DNA of 64,000 nt from Bacteroidales bacterium (GTDB lineage: Bacteria > Bacteroidota > Bacteroidia > Bacteroidales > UBA4417), in the NCBI GenBank assembly GCA_030654075.1, contig JAURYB010000172.1, positions 3,285-67,284 on the forward strand, written 5' to 3'. This document shows positions 36,669 through 47,045 of the stretch, piece by piece. The translations under genes and the position numbers were made by a program. A model generated the notes under the pieces. It was not told where the DNA came from and made no database searches. It was given only the letters and a program-made list of their open reading frames with translations. Each line of letters begins with the position of its first letter. Positions within the stretch are counted from its first letter, which is position 1.

Positions 36669-39600
36669 TTAAAATAACTCTCCCGGATTCAGGTTTTTCA
36701 CAGTAATTGTTTCATCCAGATAAACCAACAATTTCCTGATGCCTGGATAACCCATTTGCAGAAGGATTTCACCATAATTGTTTAGCTGAATCTCGTGCCC
36801 GGGTTTTGGTAACCCGGTTTTGAATTCCAGGATTATGGTTTCATTTTTATTGAAAATTACACGGTCGGGACGGAAGACATCACCTTTGGGTGTCAGGATT
36901 CCGGCTTCGGGTTTGAGTTGAACGCTCTCATTGAAATAGTCTTTGAGAAGATCATGGTTGACTGTAGCCGTTACCCTGCTTAACAATAATTCTGTTTGCT
37001 CTTCATCAAGCAGATTAACTAACGCTTGTTTTGCGACAATTTCCAAAATATCATCTTTCGTCCGGATAGCAGCCAATGTGTCGTGAATTAATGTTCCCCA
37101 GGCTTGTTTATTTTTGGATTGATCGGTACTCCAGTAGACCGGGGCACGGCGGGCAATTTTTATCCGTCCCTGCCAGGGCGAAGAAATCATTGAAGAAAGC
37201 ATATTGGATACTGGCAATGGTTCCGCCATCTTCTGAACATGTTCGTCAATGCCTCTGAAATACACATTGCCGTTTTGTGTCCATTCCTCTGAAGTGCTTT
37301 CAATATATTGAGTCAGCAGGTTGGGCAGGTTATTGGCATCGCCATTTCCCGGTTCGCGGGAGATAATATACAAACGTTCTGCTGGCCGGGTAAAAGCCAC
37401 ATAAATCAGGTTGATCATATCCAGCATCGAACTGTTGCGCTCTTTCTGGTATTGGTCTGAATAGCCGACATCTTCCATGCTTAAACCTGTTTGCAAAAGC
37501 GCAACCGGAAGACCGGGAATTACATCCTCTTCCAGATCAACCCAAAGCTGATCGAATGTAGTTTTGAGTTTTTCGGTTGCCATGGGCCAGATTACGACCG
37601 GGAATTCCAATCCTTTGGACTTATGAATCGTCATTATACGGATGGCATCAATTCCTTCGGGGACAACTACTGAAAGTTTGCCTTTCTTTTCGTCCCAGGC
37701 TTCGAGCAGGTCGGCAAGGTGTGTGCCTTGGCGTGCCGAAACTTTATTGGCGAAATCAAGGAAAAACTGTAGATAAATATTATAATCGCCGGTATTCAGT
37801 TCAAAAATGCGGATAATCTCTTCGCAAAGATCATACAAAGGTAATCCGCGTAACGACTTGATATTAAATTCGATATTGCCTGCCGACAAGGCTTTTTCGA
37901 GGGAAAACCGTTCTGTTTTCGAAACAGGGAAATTCTGGATTAACGAAGTGTTTATTTTACCTTTCCGGATAAGTTCGTTCAAAATGCCAGCAACTGCTAC
38001 CAGGTTTTGCGGGTTGCCAATATGTTGCAGAACCGTTACCACAAAATTAACTTCGGGAGATGCGGATAAAAGCAGCGCTTCGGCCGATACCACGCTGATT
38101 CCTTGCGACATCAGGTGGCGGGCAATAATGCTGCCCTCCCGGTTTGATCGGGTTAAAATGGCAATATCTGCATTTGCAAATCCTTTATCATTCAAATCTA
38201 GAACCAAATCGTGAACCCGTTTAATATTCAATTCATCGAATTCTGCTCTTGAATGATAGGGTAGGAATTCAACTGACACAAGGCCTCCCGTTTTATCCGG
38301 CGAAGTTTCCTGAGCATGATCGGTATAAATGGATTGAAATCCGGCACTTAACTGGTTTGCCAGAAATCCGAAAAAATCGTTGTTGAAGTTTATGATTTCA
38401 GGCAAGGACCGGAAATTACTTTTCAGCACTTTAGGATTGTAATTTGTACCAAGCGCTTGTTCCGCATCGCCAAAAACTTCCTTTTCATAATTATCAGGCA
38501 AGGCCGGAAGCATCATAAACTGTTCCACTTGTCCGTTACGGAACCGGTAAATGGCTTGTTTTCCATCACCAACCACCAGGTTATAACGGCCATAAGCCAG
38601 GGAATCGCCAATTAAAGGCAACAGGTTTTTCCATTGCAGTTCCGATGTATCCTGGAATTCATCAATCAGGTAATTGTAATACTTTTCGCCAATGCGTTCA
38701 TAAATAAACGGAACTGGTTCTTTCAGAATAATATCAGTTATCCGCTTGTTGAATTCGGAAATATGCAGAATCTTCTTTTCCCGGCGAATGGTGTCAATTT
38801 CCGTTTCCATGGCACTCAGCACACCCATCTGGAAAATGTTTTTTTCAATCATTCCCAGCAAAGCGTAATGGGTGGAACCTTTTTTCATCAAACCATCGCA
38901 TTGATGATAGATTGTTGTAAGTTGATCTTTTACCGAGTTAATGGCTGATATCTGAATGGTATCTGCTTTGGCCGCAATCCATTTGTTATCATTGATGGTT
39001 GTGAGCACATAACTGTTTGGTGCTGCAATAATGCCTTCGGCCAGTTTGAAAAAATATCCTCCAATACCGCTTGTTCCGCGTGCAAACGAGGCATTATCAA
39101 TGCTGTTGTTGGTAATCAGTTTTTTAGCCGATTGTGCCAATGTGATAATACTGTCTTCAAAGCTTTTACGGATTTGCCTTATTTCGCGGGCAATTTCATT
39201 TAACCGTGCCGGTGGAATTTCGTGTAATTTATTAATAAAATGCTGGCTGCCTTCCGAAAACAGGAAACCGGCCGTTTTTTTGATGTCAGTTTCTATGTTC
39301 CAGCTCTTTTCATCATCGGCTTTGGCTTCGGTAAAATCAACCAGAATGCTGGTAAGGTCTTTATCAACACCTGCTTTGCTGATCAGCTGCTCAACCGCCT
39401 CGTCGAGCATCAGGTCACGGTCCATTTCAATTTCGAAATCAACCGGCAAATGGAGGTCGTGTGCAAATGTGCGAATGATACGAGAAACAAAACTATCGAT
39501 GGTACGAACCGAGAAATCATCATACTCATGTAAAATCCGGGTCAGAACAGCCTGGGCACGTTGAGTTACTTCCTGGGATGTAAAACCGGTTGCAGTTACA

Positions 39601-39848
39601 AGATCGGGCAACATAAATTTTATAACAGCACCATTGGTATGAGTGATCGGATCAGCAAGCTGCATAAGCCCCTGAATGATACGCTGTTTCATTTCGTTCG
39701 CAGCCTTGTTGGTAAACGTAATTGCCAGGATATGCCTGAAATAGGCAGGCGACTGCAAGGCTAATGCAATGTACTCACGCACCAGGGTATAGGTTTTCCC
39801 TGAACCGGCGGAGGATTTATATACCGAAAAATTTTGAGTTATATTCAC
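36669..39848 (-). CDS. UvrD/Rep-type helicase fused to C-terminal PD-(D/E)XK nuclease (AddA/RecB-like)
   Basis: 1059 aa, GTG start. Walker A SSAGSGKTYTLV, UvrD motifs (ITFTNKAANEM, IDEFQDTS, GDGKQAIYRFRNG, TIHKSKGLEF). C-terminal nuclease-like region (RPDRVIF...ILEFKTG). Confidence 0.85.
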   Translation of the reverse strand: MNITQNFSVYKSSAGSGKTYTLVREYIALALQSPAYFRHILAITFTNKAANEMKQRIIQGLMQLADPITHTNGAVIKFMLPDLVTATGFTSQEVTQRAQAVLTRILHEYDDFSVRTIDSFVSRIIRTFAHDLHLPVDFEIEMDRDLMLDEAVEQLISKAGVDKDLTSILVDFTEAKADDEKSWNIETDIKKTAGFLFSEGSQHFINKLHEIPPARLNEIAREIRQIRKSFEDSIITLAQSAKKLITNNSIDNASFARGTSGIGGYFFKLAEGIIAAPNSYVLTTINDNKWIAAKADTIQISAINSVKDQLTTIYHQCDGLMKKGSTHYALLGMIEKNIFQMGVLSAMETEIDTIRREKKILHISEFNKRITDIILKEPVPFIYERIGEKYYNYLIDEFQDTSELQWKNLLPLIGDSLAYGRYNLVVGDGKQAIYRFRNGQVEQFMMLPALPDNYEKEVFGDAEQALGTNYNPKVLKSNFRSLPEIINFNNDFFGFLANQLSAGFQSIYTDHAQETSPDKTGGLVSVEFLPYHSRAEFDELNIKRVHDLVLDLNDKGFANADIAILTRSNREGSIIARHLMSQGISVVSAEALLLSASPEVNFVVTVLQHIGNPQNLVAVAGILNELIRKGKINTSLIQNFPVSKTERFSLEKALSAGNIEFNIKSLRGLPLYDLCEEIIRIFELNTGDYNIYLQFFLDFANKVSARQGTHLADLLEAWDEKKGKLSVVVPEGIDAIRIMTIHKSKGLEFPVVIWPMATEKLKTTFDQLWVDLEEDVIPGLPVALLQTGLSMEDVGYSDQYQKERNSSMLDMINLIYVAFTRPAERLYIISREPGNGDANNLPNLLTQYIESTSEEWTQNGNVYFRGIDEHVQKMAEPLPVSNMLSSMISSPWQGRIKIARRAPVYWSTDQSKNKQAWGTLIHDTLAAIRTKDDILEIVAKQALVNLLDEEQTELLLSRVTATVNHDLLKDYFNESVQLKPEAGILTPKGDVFRPDRVIFNKNETIILEFKTGLPKPGHEIQLNNYGEILLQMGYPGIRKLLVYLDETITVKNLNPGELF

Positions 39849-39938
39849 CTTGCTAAGGTAGGTATTTTGTCGGGAAGGTGTATTTTAGAAATATGGCAAT
39901 TCTACTAAAATGATTATATGATAAATAGGATAAGATTA

Positions 39939-40283
39939 TTATTCTATATCAAATAATTGCTTGATTTTTTTAGAAACCTCGGATTCTAATGCTTTGTTGA
40001 TTGATCCCAGCTTTCTTTGAATCAGATACTTAGGGATAGTTACAATCTTATGTAATCTGATCACTGAATCTACTGTTAATCCTGATCCTGAAGAATTTTC
40101 CGATCCTTTTCTGATAATTAAATCACTGTCATTCAAATCATCAGGCATTTTGCTTGAAATAAAAGCAATTATAACGTGATGATATCTTCCGATTTCTGAT
40201 GTCAGACATAAAGCGGGTCTGACCTTTGAAACTAAAAAATCATCAAACGGAAATGGGACTAGTACAATAGAATTCTTAATCAT
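39939..40283 (-). CDS. mazF: type II toxin, MazF/PemK family
   Basis: 114 aa. VLVPFPFDDFLVSKVRPALCLT signature. Overlaps the upstream antitoxin gene by 8 nt. Confidence 0.8.
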   Translation of the reverse strand: MIKNSIVLVPFPFDDFLVSKVRPALCLTSEIGRYHHVIIAFISSKMPDDLNDSDLIIRKGSENSSGSGLTVDSVIRLHKIVTIPKYLIQRKLGSINKALESEVSKKIKQLFDIE

Positions 40284-40515
40284 TAAATGGTTTCCCGTCC
40301 GTTAAGGAATAAATATTTTCGCCTGGTTCATTTAAAAAATCAAAAGCCGGATTTGAAGCAATCGTTTTCATCCATAACGTCTCTTCGTTAACTTCATCGG
40401 TTTTTTCTTCAACCAGAATTATGACACGAACATTGCTTTCCGGCTTATTTACAGGATAATCTATTTTCAGATACCCGGATTTATCTGTCCGGGCGTTTAT
40501 TTCTATTGCTTTCAT
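40276..40515 (-). CDS. putative antitoxin partner of MazF
   Basis: 79 aa, acidic, immediately upstream of and overlapping the toxin gene. The C-terminal motif AFDFLNEPGENIYSLTDGKPF recurs in small antitoxin-like proteins (from memory). Confidence 0.6.
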   Translation of the reverse strand: MKAIEINARTDKSGYLKIDYPVNKPESNVRVIILVEEKTDEVNEETLWMKTIASNPAFDFLNEPGENIYSLTDGKPFND

Positions 40516-40594
40516 TACATTTTAGTTTCTACAAAGATAAAGAATAAAGTTGCGATATAAACAGGTTAACATTGCCTATAAAATCCTGAATCCT

Positions 40595-40812
40595 ATCAGC
40601 AAGCTGCACAAGTCCTTGAACGATACGCTGTTTCATTTCGTTCGCAGCCTTGTTGGTAAACGTAATTGCCAGGGTATGCCTGAAATAAGCTGGCGATTGC
40701 TAGGCTAATGCAATGTATTCGCGCACCAGGGTGTAGGTTTTCCATGATCCGGCCGAGGATTTATAGACCGAAAAATTTTGAGTTATATTCACCTTGCTAA
40801 GGTAGTTATTTT
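40595..40812 (-). pseudogene. decayed duplicate of the helicase 5' end plus leader (218 bp)
   Basis: Collinear with 39651-39868 at offset 944 bp, no indels, about 17 mismatches by eye. Keeps the GTG (40790-40792) but has GSGKT changed to GSWKT and Leu changed to TAG (..YIALA*). Confidence 0.85.
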
Positions 40813-40921
40813 AACCAAGCTGTTCTGAGTTTGAAAAGTATAAAGCTTGAAAAGAAAGATATAAAAACATGAGTTTTACCCTGATTTTATATTTTGTGAA
40901 GCCATACTTTCAGGCCTGAAT

Positions 40922-43900
40922 CTAATCCTTCCGGGCAGCCTTTTTATCCGGCACTTTTGCCTTCTTTGAACGTTTAAATAAATCCTTCAATCCATTGAAT
41001 TCTTTACGGAAAACAATCCCTACACCCTGCGTATAAGGCGAATATGTTGAATACAGTACTTCGCTGCCTGTATTGGTGCGGTTAAAAGCTTTAAACCGGA
41101 ACCTTCCATCTTCGGTTATTTTTACTTCAACTAATACATCGCCGATAACTTGTTGAGTCGTATTGCTGTATGTGTTCATGCCAACGGCACCATCAATAGT
41201 AACCCTGTTGTCGAATAATTGGGTAGATAGAGCAAGTTCCAGTTCCTGTGGCGAAATCTGGTCGCCGGGGCGATAGTTTACCCCGATGTCAAAATCTTTC
41301 GATATCTGCGAAAGCATCCTGCTTAACTGCGCGCTGACAATTTCATAGGACGAAAAACCCAGTGAAGCTCCTGCCGAAGTGATTCCTGATGAAGAGCTGA
41401 ACGTATTAAGAACCAGCAGCGAAATCATTTGCTGATTCATAGCAAGCGTGTTTGTTGTATCTATGATGCTGAAAATTGTCCGCTTTATTTCTTCAGTCGC
41501 ATCGGGAAGATCAATACTGAATTTAATATCAGGATTATATAAATCATTCGACAAGGAGATTATACAATTCACATTGATACGCTTACTTTTATCTTCGGTT
41601 GATAATTCAGGCAGGCCGGCCAATGAAGTTTTTACTTTGTAAACCGCTTTAAGCTGAATAGTTGCATCATAAGGGCTTCCATTAAAAGTTATTGAGCCTC
41701 CTTTTTGAATCTGGAAATTTTTCTTCAGTATATTTTCGAAATTAAACAGGAAGGTTCCGTTATCCATAATATAATTCCCGTACATCGAATACTCACCACG
41801 GGTATCAATTCCCAGGTTTATAAGTCCATCGCCACGCACATCGATAGATCCCATGTTATATGGCAAAATAATACTCAGGTCGGCATTCCGCTTAACAGCC
41901 AGGCCTAGCTGAAGCGAAAGTACCGAAGGCTCATATTGAGTTACTTTGGCATCTTTATCCGCATCTCCGTGTTTTCGGTAACGGATAAAATTATTTTCCG
42001 AAATACTGCGCGAAAAGCTGATAGGAATTACAACGCTGGTTCCTTTCTCGGAGTTTACATCAGCTTTCAGTACCAGGTCATCCACAGAACCTTTTAGTGT
42101 CATAATACCAGATGCTTTAGCCCTTCCATAATAAATCTCGTTTGGGCTGTATGTTGTATTAAGCGCTGCAAGATTGTCAGCTTTAACCTCTATATCGAGC
42201 GCGATATCCGAAAATGCTTTATGATATATAGTCCCCGTGGCTATTCCTTTGCCAAAAGTTGAATCGCGTAATTCGATATTCTTAAACCACATTTTATCTT
42301 TATCAAAATGATAATCGCCGGTGAAAGAGTATGAAGTTCTAAGATAATCGACCAGTAATTCAGTACGCATCAGTTTTACGGAACCTTTGATTACAGGATC
42401 CGAAAAATCGCCTGTAAGTGTAAGTGCGCCTGAAGTATACCCTCTCATACGCGAAAAAATGCCTTTCAGGAATGGTTCTATGGTTTTAACTTTCAGGTTA
42501 TCGACATCCGCTTTCAGATCGAAATTTTCATGCTCACGTTCAGGATAGATGTTTCCAATAACCTTAATCGGGTAATGAGTTCCCGCATTTCCAACATAAA
42601 CTACTTTCATGTTTATTGCCAGCGCCTTGTTTTCATTATCCCAGGAAGTCTTAATGGCAGCATCACCTAATTCTTCGTGGTTAAACCCAAAATCCTTAAT
42701 TGTTATATCGGCAGACACCCGCGGCACCGAGTACATTTCAGACAAATTTACCTTTCCGTCAATATATCCGTCCAGATCTATTCCTGCTGACTGCCATAGC
42801 ATGTCGAGGTGGGAAATATTAAAATCCTTAATATCAAGCACCATCTGGCTGAGCGGATCGGCCGAGACCGTGCCGTTTAAAATAATGTGTCTGTCGTTAT
42901 TTGTAAACCCCAGGTTCCTGGCTTCGATAAAAGAATTGTCGAATGTTAACAGGTTGTTGGGTATTGATTTCCAAACTGTATCGTTAATCATCAGAACTGC
43001 TTTATCTAATCTTACCAAAAGCTGTGGATTTTGTTTAAACGATATTGCGCCCGTAATATCCCCTTTGTTATGATCAGGCACTTTGCGGTCATCCCAGGAA
43101 ATACCGAACTTCACACTATCGTCGGATGCAACGGCTTTTAGTCTGAACTGTTCAATCCTTTTAAACGTTGAATCGCTGGCTGATGATTCCGACATATCAA
43201 TCTGGCTGCAATCCATTCTCACGGCCAGGCTTTTATTCTCTGTGGAACCTGTCAGAGTCCAGTTACGCATCGATATTCCACTCAAAACTATCAAAGGAGA
43301 TCGACCATTTACATTTACCAGGCCAAGGCCAGGGTCAAAAGTTCCCGAAATAACGGTTTGAGTATTAATTTTTATCCATGGTAAAAACATTTCGGTCAGC
43401 GAATCGGTATGATGCAATTGAATAGTATAATCAAAGCTGCCCCTGTTTAACCTGACAGGAAGCTTTTGACTTTGCGAAAGCGATGGAAGGAACTCAGTAA
43501 AAACCATCTTTAAATAGTCAGCCATATCGTCAAATGTGTACTGACCTGAAAATACAGCGTTCACAAAATCGCTGTTTACCTGCATTCGTTTTCCGCCATT
43601 TGGCAAAGAAGTGGTGCTTACAGATAAATCATTCATTCTAAGGGTTTTGTGTCCCATTGTGAAACTTGTATTGCTGAAATGCAACGCCCCCATCAGGTTA
43701 TCAATAGTGTTGCCCTGGAACCTGAAATCCGTACTTGTTGATAGCAATACTGTGGAATCATTTGTCATCAGGTTGAGTTTCGCCAGGTTGGCATGAGCGA
43801 TGTTGGCCTTAAAATCAAAAGCTGGCAATTCTGCGGAAAAATCAGCAGATCCCAGGAAGTTTAAAGCTAAAAGTTCGTCGTTCACATAAACACCGCCGGT

Positions 43901-45301
43901 AAAACGTTTATGCCTGAATTCCCCGTCAATATTTATAAGTCCAATTGTATTGCCTTCGTATTGCAGATCGGTAATTTCGCCTTTCATCGTAAGATCGGCT
44001 TTATCAAGCGAAAAGTTTTTGCCCTTTATATTAGCATACAGGTTTACTGTGCCTAATTGAGTGACATTTAATATTTTGCCTGCATTAAATTCTTTAACCA
44101 GGATTTCCCCGTTATACTCATGGGTATCCGTTGCTTTGTTGTTGGTTAACAGGATATCCGTGGTAATCTGACCAACATCAGTAACAAATGTTGCTTTGGA
44201 AACGAAATCATTATAAAAACCGGTAAACCGCCCGTTAACACTAACATTTCCCAGTTTCGTAAGCGCGTCAGGCAATACAATTTTGTTGCTTCCTTCCGAG
44301 TATGGAAGCGTAAAAGACTGAACATCAGATACATTTGTATAAAATTCATCTGTTTTCAGATTAATAAAAGTTTCCGCAATATCCGGAAGGCCATTCATGG
44401 TAATATTACCTTTGAAAGAAGTGTGCTTACCGAACGCAAAATGAAAATCCTTGGCCGTGAAGGACGAAACGGTGCCTTTTATATTTCCTGAGAGATCGAA
44501 AATATCAGCCATTCCGGCAATGTCGGGAGCAAAATAAACAATATCCCGCATATCAAGCTGCGAAGGCTTAATGGCGGATTTAATCCGGATACTATCTAGA
44601 AAGTAATTGAACGCATTCCAGTGGTCATACTCAAACTTCATATCCATGGAAAGCCTGCTGTTTTCGGTAGTTAGCTGGAGATTTTTAGCTGATATACCCC
44701 TCGGGCATGCTATGGCCTGGGTAGTAAAGTCATCCAGCCTGAATCCGCTTTTCTCCTTACAGGTAAATTGCTTGATATCGGCCAGTATGCTATCTCCCTG
44801 GAATGAGATATTTTTAACTTCGAGGTTGAGTTGCGAGAAATCCATATCTGAAAAATCGATACCTTTTCCTGGCTTCATGTAGCGTTCATCTCGGAAAGCA
44901 AAATGCGACCCGATCAGTTTTGCATTATCGACCTGGAGCAGCCATGGTTCTGAATAAGTAGTATCAACTACCGGTGATGCGAAATAATCAATAATGAACT
45001 GAAGGTTCAGACTGCTATCGGTTTTGTACTGTATCAGATTTACATCCGCATTAGTGAGCGCTATTGCATTCAATGTCAGATGACGTTTCTTTAAATCTAT
45101 AAATTTAACATCTGCCCTGATTTTGTTTGCCTGTAAGAGCACGTGATTGTGTTTGTCCAATATTTTAATATCAGTAATAACGGCTTCCAGGAACCAGTTC
45201 AGCCTGAAACCTCCGATTGTTACTTCCGTATTAAGTTGTTTTGAAAGATAATTTGCGGCACTGTGAGCCAGAAATGTTTGAACCGGGGCAGTACGCAACA
45301 T
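40922..45301 (-). CDS. tamB: translocation and assembly module protein TamB (AsmA-like, DUF490 C-terminus)
   Basis: 1459 aa from the first ATG. Repetitive beta-rich body. Divergent from tsaD as is common in Bacteroidota. The in-frame upstream sequence (to 45409) encodes the expected signal-anchor KKPVSILLILLLTLLLTPLAAFV but has no ATG/GTG/TTG, so the true start is probably near 45373 (ATC). Confidence 0.8.
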   Translation of the reverse strand: MLRTAPVQTFLAHSAANYLSKQLNTEVTIGGFRLNWFLEAVITDIKILDKHNHVLLQANKIRADVKFIDLKKRHLTLNAIALTNADVNLIQYKTDSSLNLQFIIDYFASPVVDTTYSEPWLLQVDNAKLIGSHFAFRDERYMKPGKGIDFSDMDFSQLNLEVKNISFQGDSILADIKQFTCKEKSGFRLDDFTTQAIACPRGISAKNLQLTTENSRLSMDMKFEYDHWNAFNYFLDSIRIKSAIKPSQLDMRDIVYFAPDIAGMADIFDLSGNIKGTVSSFTAKDFHFAFGKHTSFKGNITMNGLPDIAETFINLKTDEFYTNVSDVQSFTLPYSEGSNKIVLPDALTKLGNVSVNGRFTGFYNDFVSKATFVTDVGQITTDILLTNNKATDTHEYNGEILVKEFNAGKILNVTQLGTVNLYANIKGKNFSLDKADLTMKGEITDLQYEGNTIGLINIDGEFRHKRFTGGVYVNDELLALNFLGSADFSAELPAFDFKANIAHANLAKLNLMTNDSTVLLSTSTDFRFQGNTIDNLMGALHFSNTSFTMGHKTLRMNDLSVSTTSLPNGGKRMQVNSDFVNAVFSGQYTFDDMADYLKMVFTEFLPSLSQSQKLPVRLNRGSFDYTIQLHHTDSLTEMFLPWIKINTQTVISGTFDPGLGLVNVNGRSPLIVLSGISMRNWTLTGSTENKSLAVRMDCSQIDMSESSASDSTFKRIEQFRLKAVASDDSVKFGISWDDRKVPDHNKGDITGAISFKQNPQLLVRLDKAVLMINDTVWKSIPNNLLTFDNSFIEARNLGFTNNDRHIILNGTVSADPLSQMVLDIKDFNISHLDMLWQSAGIDLDGYIDGKVNLSEMYSVPRVSADITIKDFGFNHEELGDAAIKTSWDNENKALAINMKVVYVGNAGTHYPIKVIGNIYPEREHENFDLKADVDNLKVKTIEPFLKGIFSRMRGYTSGALTLTGDFSDPVIKGSVKLMRTELLVDYLRTSYSFTGDYHFDKDKMWFKNIELRDSTFGKGIATGTIYHKAFSDIALDIEVKADNLAALNTTYSPNEIYYGRAKASGIMTLKGSVDDLVLKADVNSEKGTSVVIPISFSRSISENNFIRYRKHGDADKDAKVTQYEPSVLSLQLGLAVKRNADLSIILPYNMGSIDVRGDGLINLGIDTRGEYSMYGNYIMDNGTFLFNFENILKKNFQIQKGGSITFNGSPYDATIQLKAVYKVKTSLAGLPELSTEDKSKRINVNCIISLSNDLYNPDIKFSIDLPDATEEIKRTIFSIIDTTNTLAMNQQMISLLVLNTFSSSSGITSAGASLGFSSYEIVSAQLSRMLSQISKDFDIGVNYRPGDQISPQELELALSTQLFDNRVTIDGAVGMNTYSNTTQQVIGDVLVEVKITEDGRFRFKAFNRTNTGSEVLYSTYSPYTQGVGIVFRKEFNGLKDLFKRSKKAKVPDKKAARKD

Positions 45302-45464
45302 TACAAAAGCAGCCAGCGGCGTGAGCAGCAGCGTGAGAAGCAGGATTAATAATATGCTAACCGGTTTTTTGATACTTTTGCAGCTTAATAACGAATAACT
45401 AATTCCGGGTTAAATTAAGTCTTTAGAATAAACTTAAAAGAACCGGTTAATTTCATTTACACTT

Positions 45465-46484
45465 ATGCCTGTTTATATTCTTGGTATTGAATCATCCTGC
45501 GACGACACTTCTGCTTCTGTATTGATGGATAACGTTGTGCTTTCTAATGTTATTGCTAACCAACAGGTTCACAAGGATTTCGGAGGCGTAGTTCCGGAAC
45601 TTGCTTCGCGGGCACATCAACAGAATATAATACCAGTAATTGACAAGGCGCTTAAGAATGCAAATATAAGTAAAAGCGAACTAAGTGCGATAGCTTTTAC
45701 ACGTGGTCCGGGATTGCTTGGTTCTTTATTGGTTGGAACTTCTTTTGCCAAATCGTTTTCGCTGGGATTAAATATTCCGCTTATCGAAGTAAATCATCTT
45801 AAAGCCCATATTTTAGCTCATTTTGTAGTTCAGCCCGGGAAAGAAAAAGTGTTACCGGAATTTCCATTTTTATGCCTTACCGTTTCGGGCGGACATACAC
45901 AGATAGTGATTGTAAAAAGTTACAACGAAATGCAAATTATAGGTCAGACTATTGATGACGCTGCCGGAGAAGCTTTCGACAAATCGGCAAAAATACTGGG
46001 GCTGGAATACCCCGGCGGCCCGCTGATTGATAAGTTTGCGAAAGAAGGGAATCCGGATGCTTTTACTTTTGCTAAAACCAATGTTCCCGGCCTTGATTTC
46101 AGCTTCAGCGGATTGAAAACTTCTATCCTGTATTTCCTCAGGGATAAACTGAAAGAAGATCCTATGTTTATGCAAAATAACCTGTCTGATCTTTGTGCAT
46201 CCATTCAATCTGCCATCGTAAATACACTGATGATCAAACTGAAATCAGCCAGTAAGCAAACCGGAATTACCGAAGTAGCCATTGCCGGTGGTGTTTCAGC
46301 AAACTCGGGATTACGCAAAGCAATTTCGGATATGCAGGAATCGGCAGGGTGGAAGGTCCATATTCCTGAATTTCAGTTTACTACCGACAATGCTGCCATG
46401 ATTGCCGTGGCAGGATACTATAAATTTCTGGACGGAACATTTGCCGAACAAACTGTGACGCCTTATTCCAGGGGCGGAATTTGA
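45465..46484 (+). CDS. tsaD: tRNA N6-adenosine threonylcarbamoyltransferase TsaD
   Basis: 339 aa. ILGIESSCDDTSASV, HLKAHI, TVSGGHTQ, GGVSANSGLR motifs of Kae1/TsaD. Confidence 0.93.
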   Translation: MPVYILGIESSCDDTSASVLMDNVVLSNVIANQQVHKDFGGVVPELASRAHQQNIIPVIDKALKNANISKSELSAIAFTRGPGLLGSLLVGTSFAKSFSLGLNIPLIEVNHLKAHILAHFVVQPGKEKVLPEFPFLCLTVSGGHTQIVIVKSYNEMQIIGQTIDDAAGEAFDKSAKILGLEYPGGPLIDKFAKEGNPDAFTFAKTNVPGLDFSFSGLKTSILYFLRDKLKEDPMFMQNNLSDLCASIQSAIVNTLMIKLKSASKQTGITEVAIAGGVSANSGLRKAISDMQESAGWKVHIPEFQFTTDNAAMIAVAGYYKFLDGTFAEQTVTPYSRGGI

Positions 46485-46504
46485 AATATCGAAAGATTTT
46501 TTTT

Positions 46505-46610
46505 GATTTAAGAACAAGGATCAACGATTTCTGATTTTAGAAGTTTGCTAATTGCAGTAGATTTTCCTTGACTTCACAAATCGTAAATCAACATTCCTTG
46601 TTCTTAAATC
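46505..46610. mobile_element. MITE-like palindromic element, copy 2 (106 bp)
   Basis: Perfect 16-bp terminal inverted repeats GATTTAAGAACAAGGA / TCCTTGTTCTTAAATC. Subterminal CAACGATTT / AAATCGTAAATCA. Lies between the convergent tsaD and ppnP. Confidence 0.65.
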
Positions 46611-46647
46611 ATTTTCTTTTAAAAGGAATGATTGAATAAAGTTGGAT

Positions 46648-46929
46648 TTAACGGTAGAGGCAGAGATAAGTAGTATCGGTTTCTGCTTTCACTTTAAATG
46701 TAACCCCTTTGGCAACCACAAACGTATCGAAAGGTTTATATGATTTCCATTCAGTTTCACCTGGCTGCATTACAAGCAATTCACCCGAGGTTACCGTCAT
46801 ATATTCAACTGAGGAAGTTCCGAAATTGTATTCACCACTAGCCATAATTCCAATGGTAGCAGGGCCTTCCGGCATTTCAAATGCAATAGATTTTACGTTT
46901 CCGTCGAAGTATTCGTTGGTTTTGAACAT
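46648..46929 (-). CDS. ppnP: pyrimidine/purine nucleoside phosphorylase PpnP (DUF1255/YaiE)
   Basis: 93 aa. N-terminus FKTNEYFDGNVKSIAF and cupin-size length are typical. Confidence 0.85.
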   Translation of the reverse strand: MFKTNEYFDGNVKSIAFEMPEGPATIGIMASGEYNFGTSSVEYMTVTSGELLVMQPGETEWKSYKPFDTFVVAKGVTFKVKAETDTTYLCLYR

Positions 46930-47045
46930 AGTGTATTGTTTTGGGTATGATTATTTAAAAATCGAATTTAATTTTTCTGCTGCAATTTTAATCATTTGAA
47001 GATTTGATATTACAATTCCTACGCCACAAATTATGCTACGTGTGC

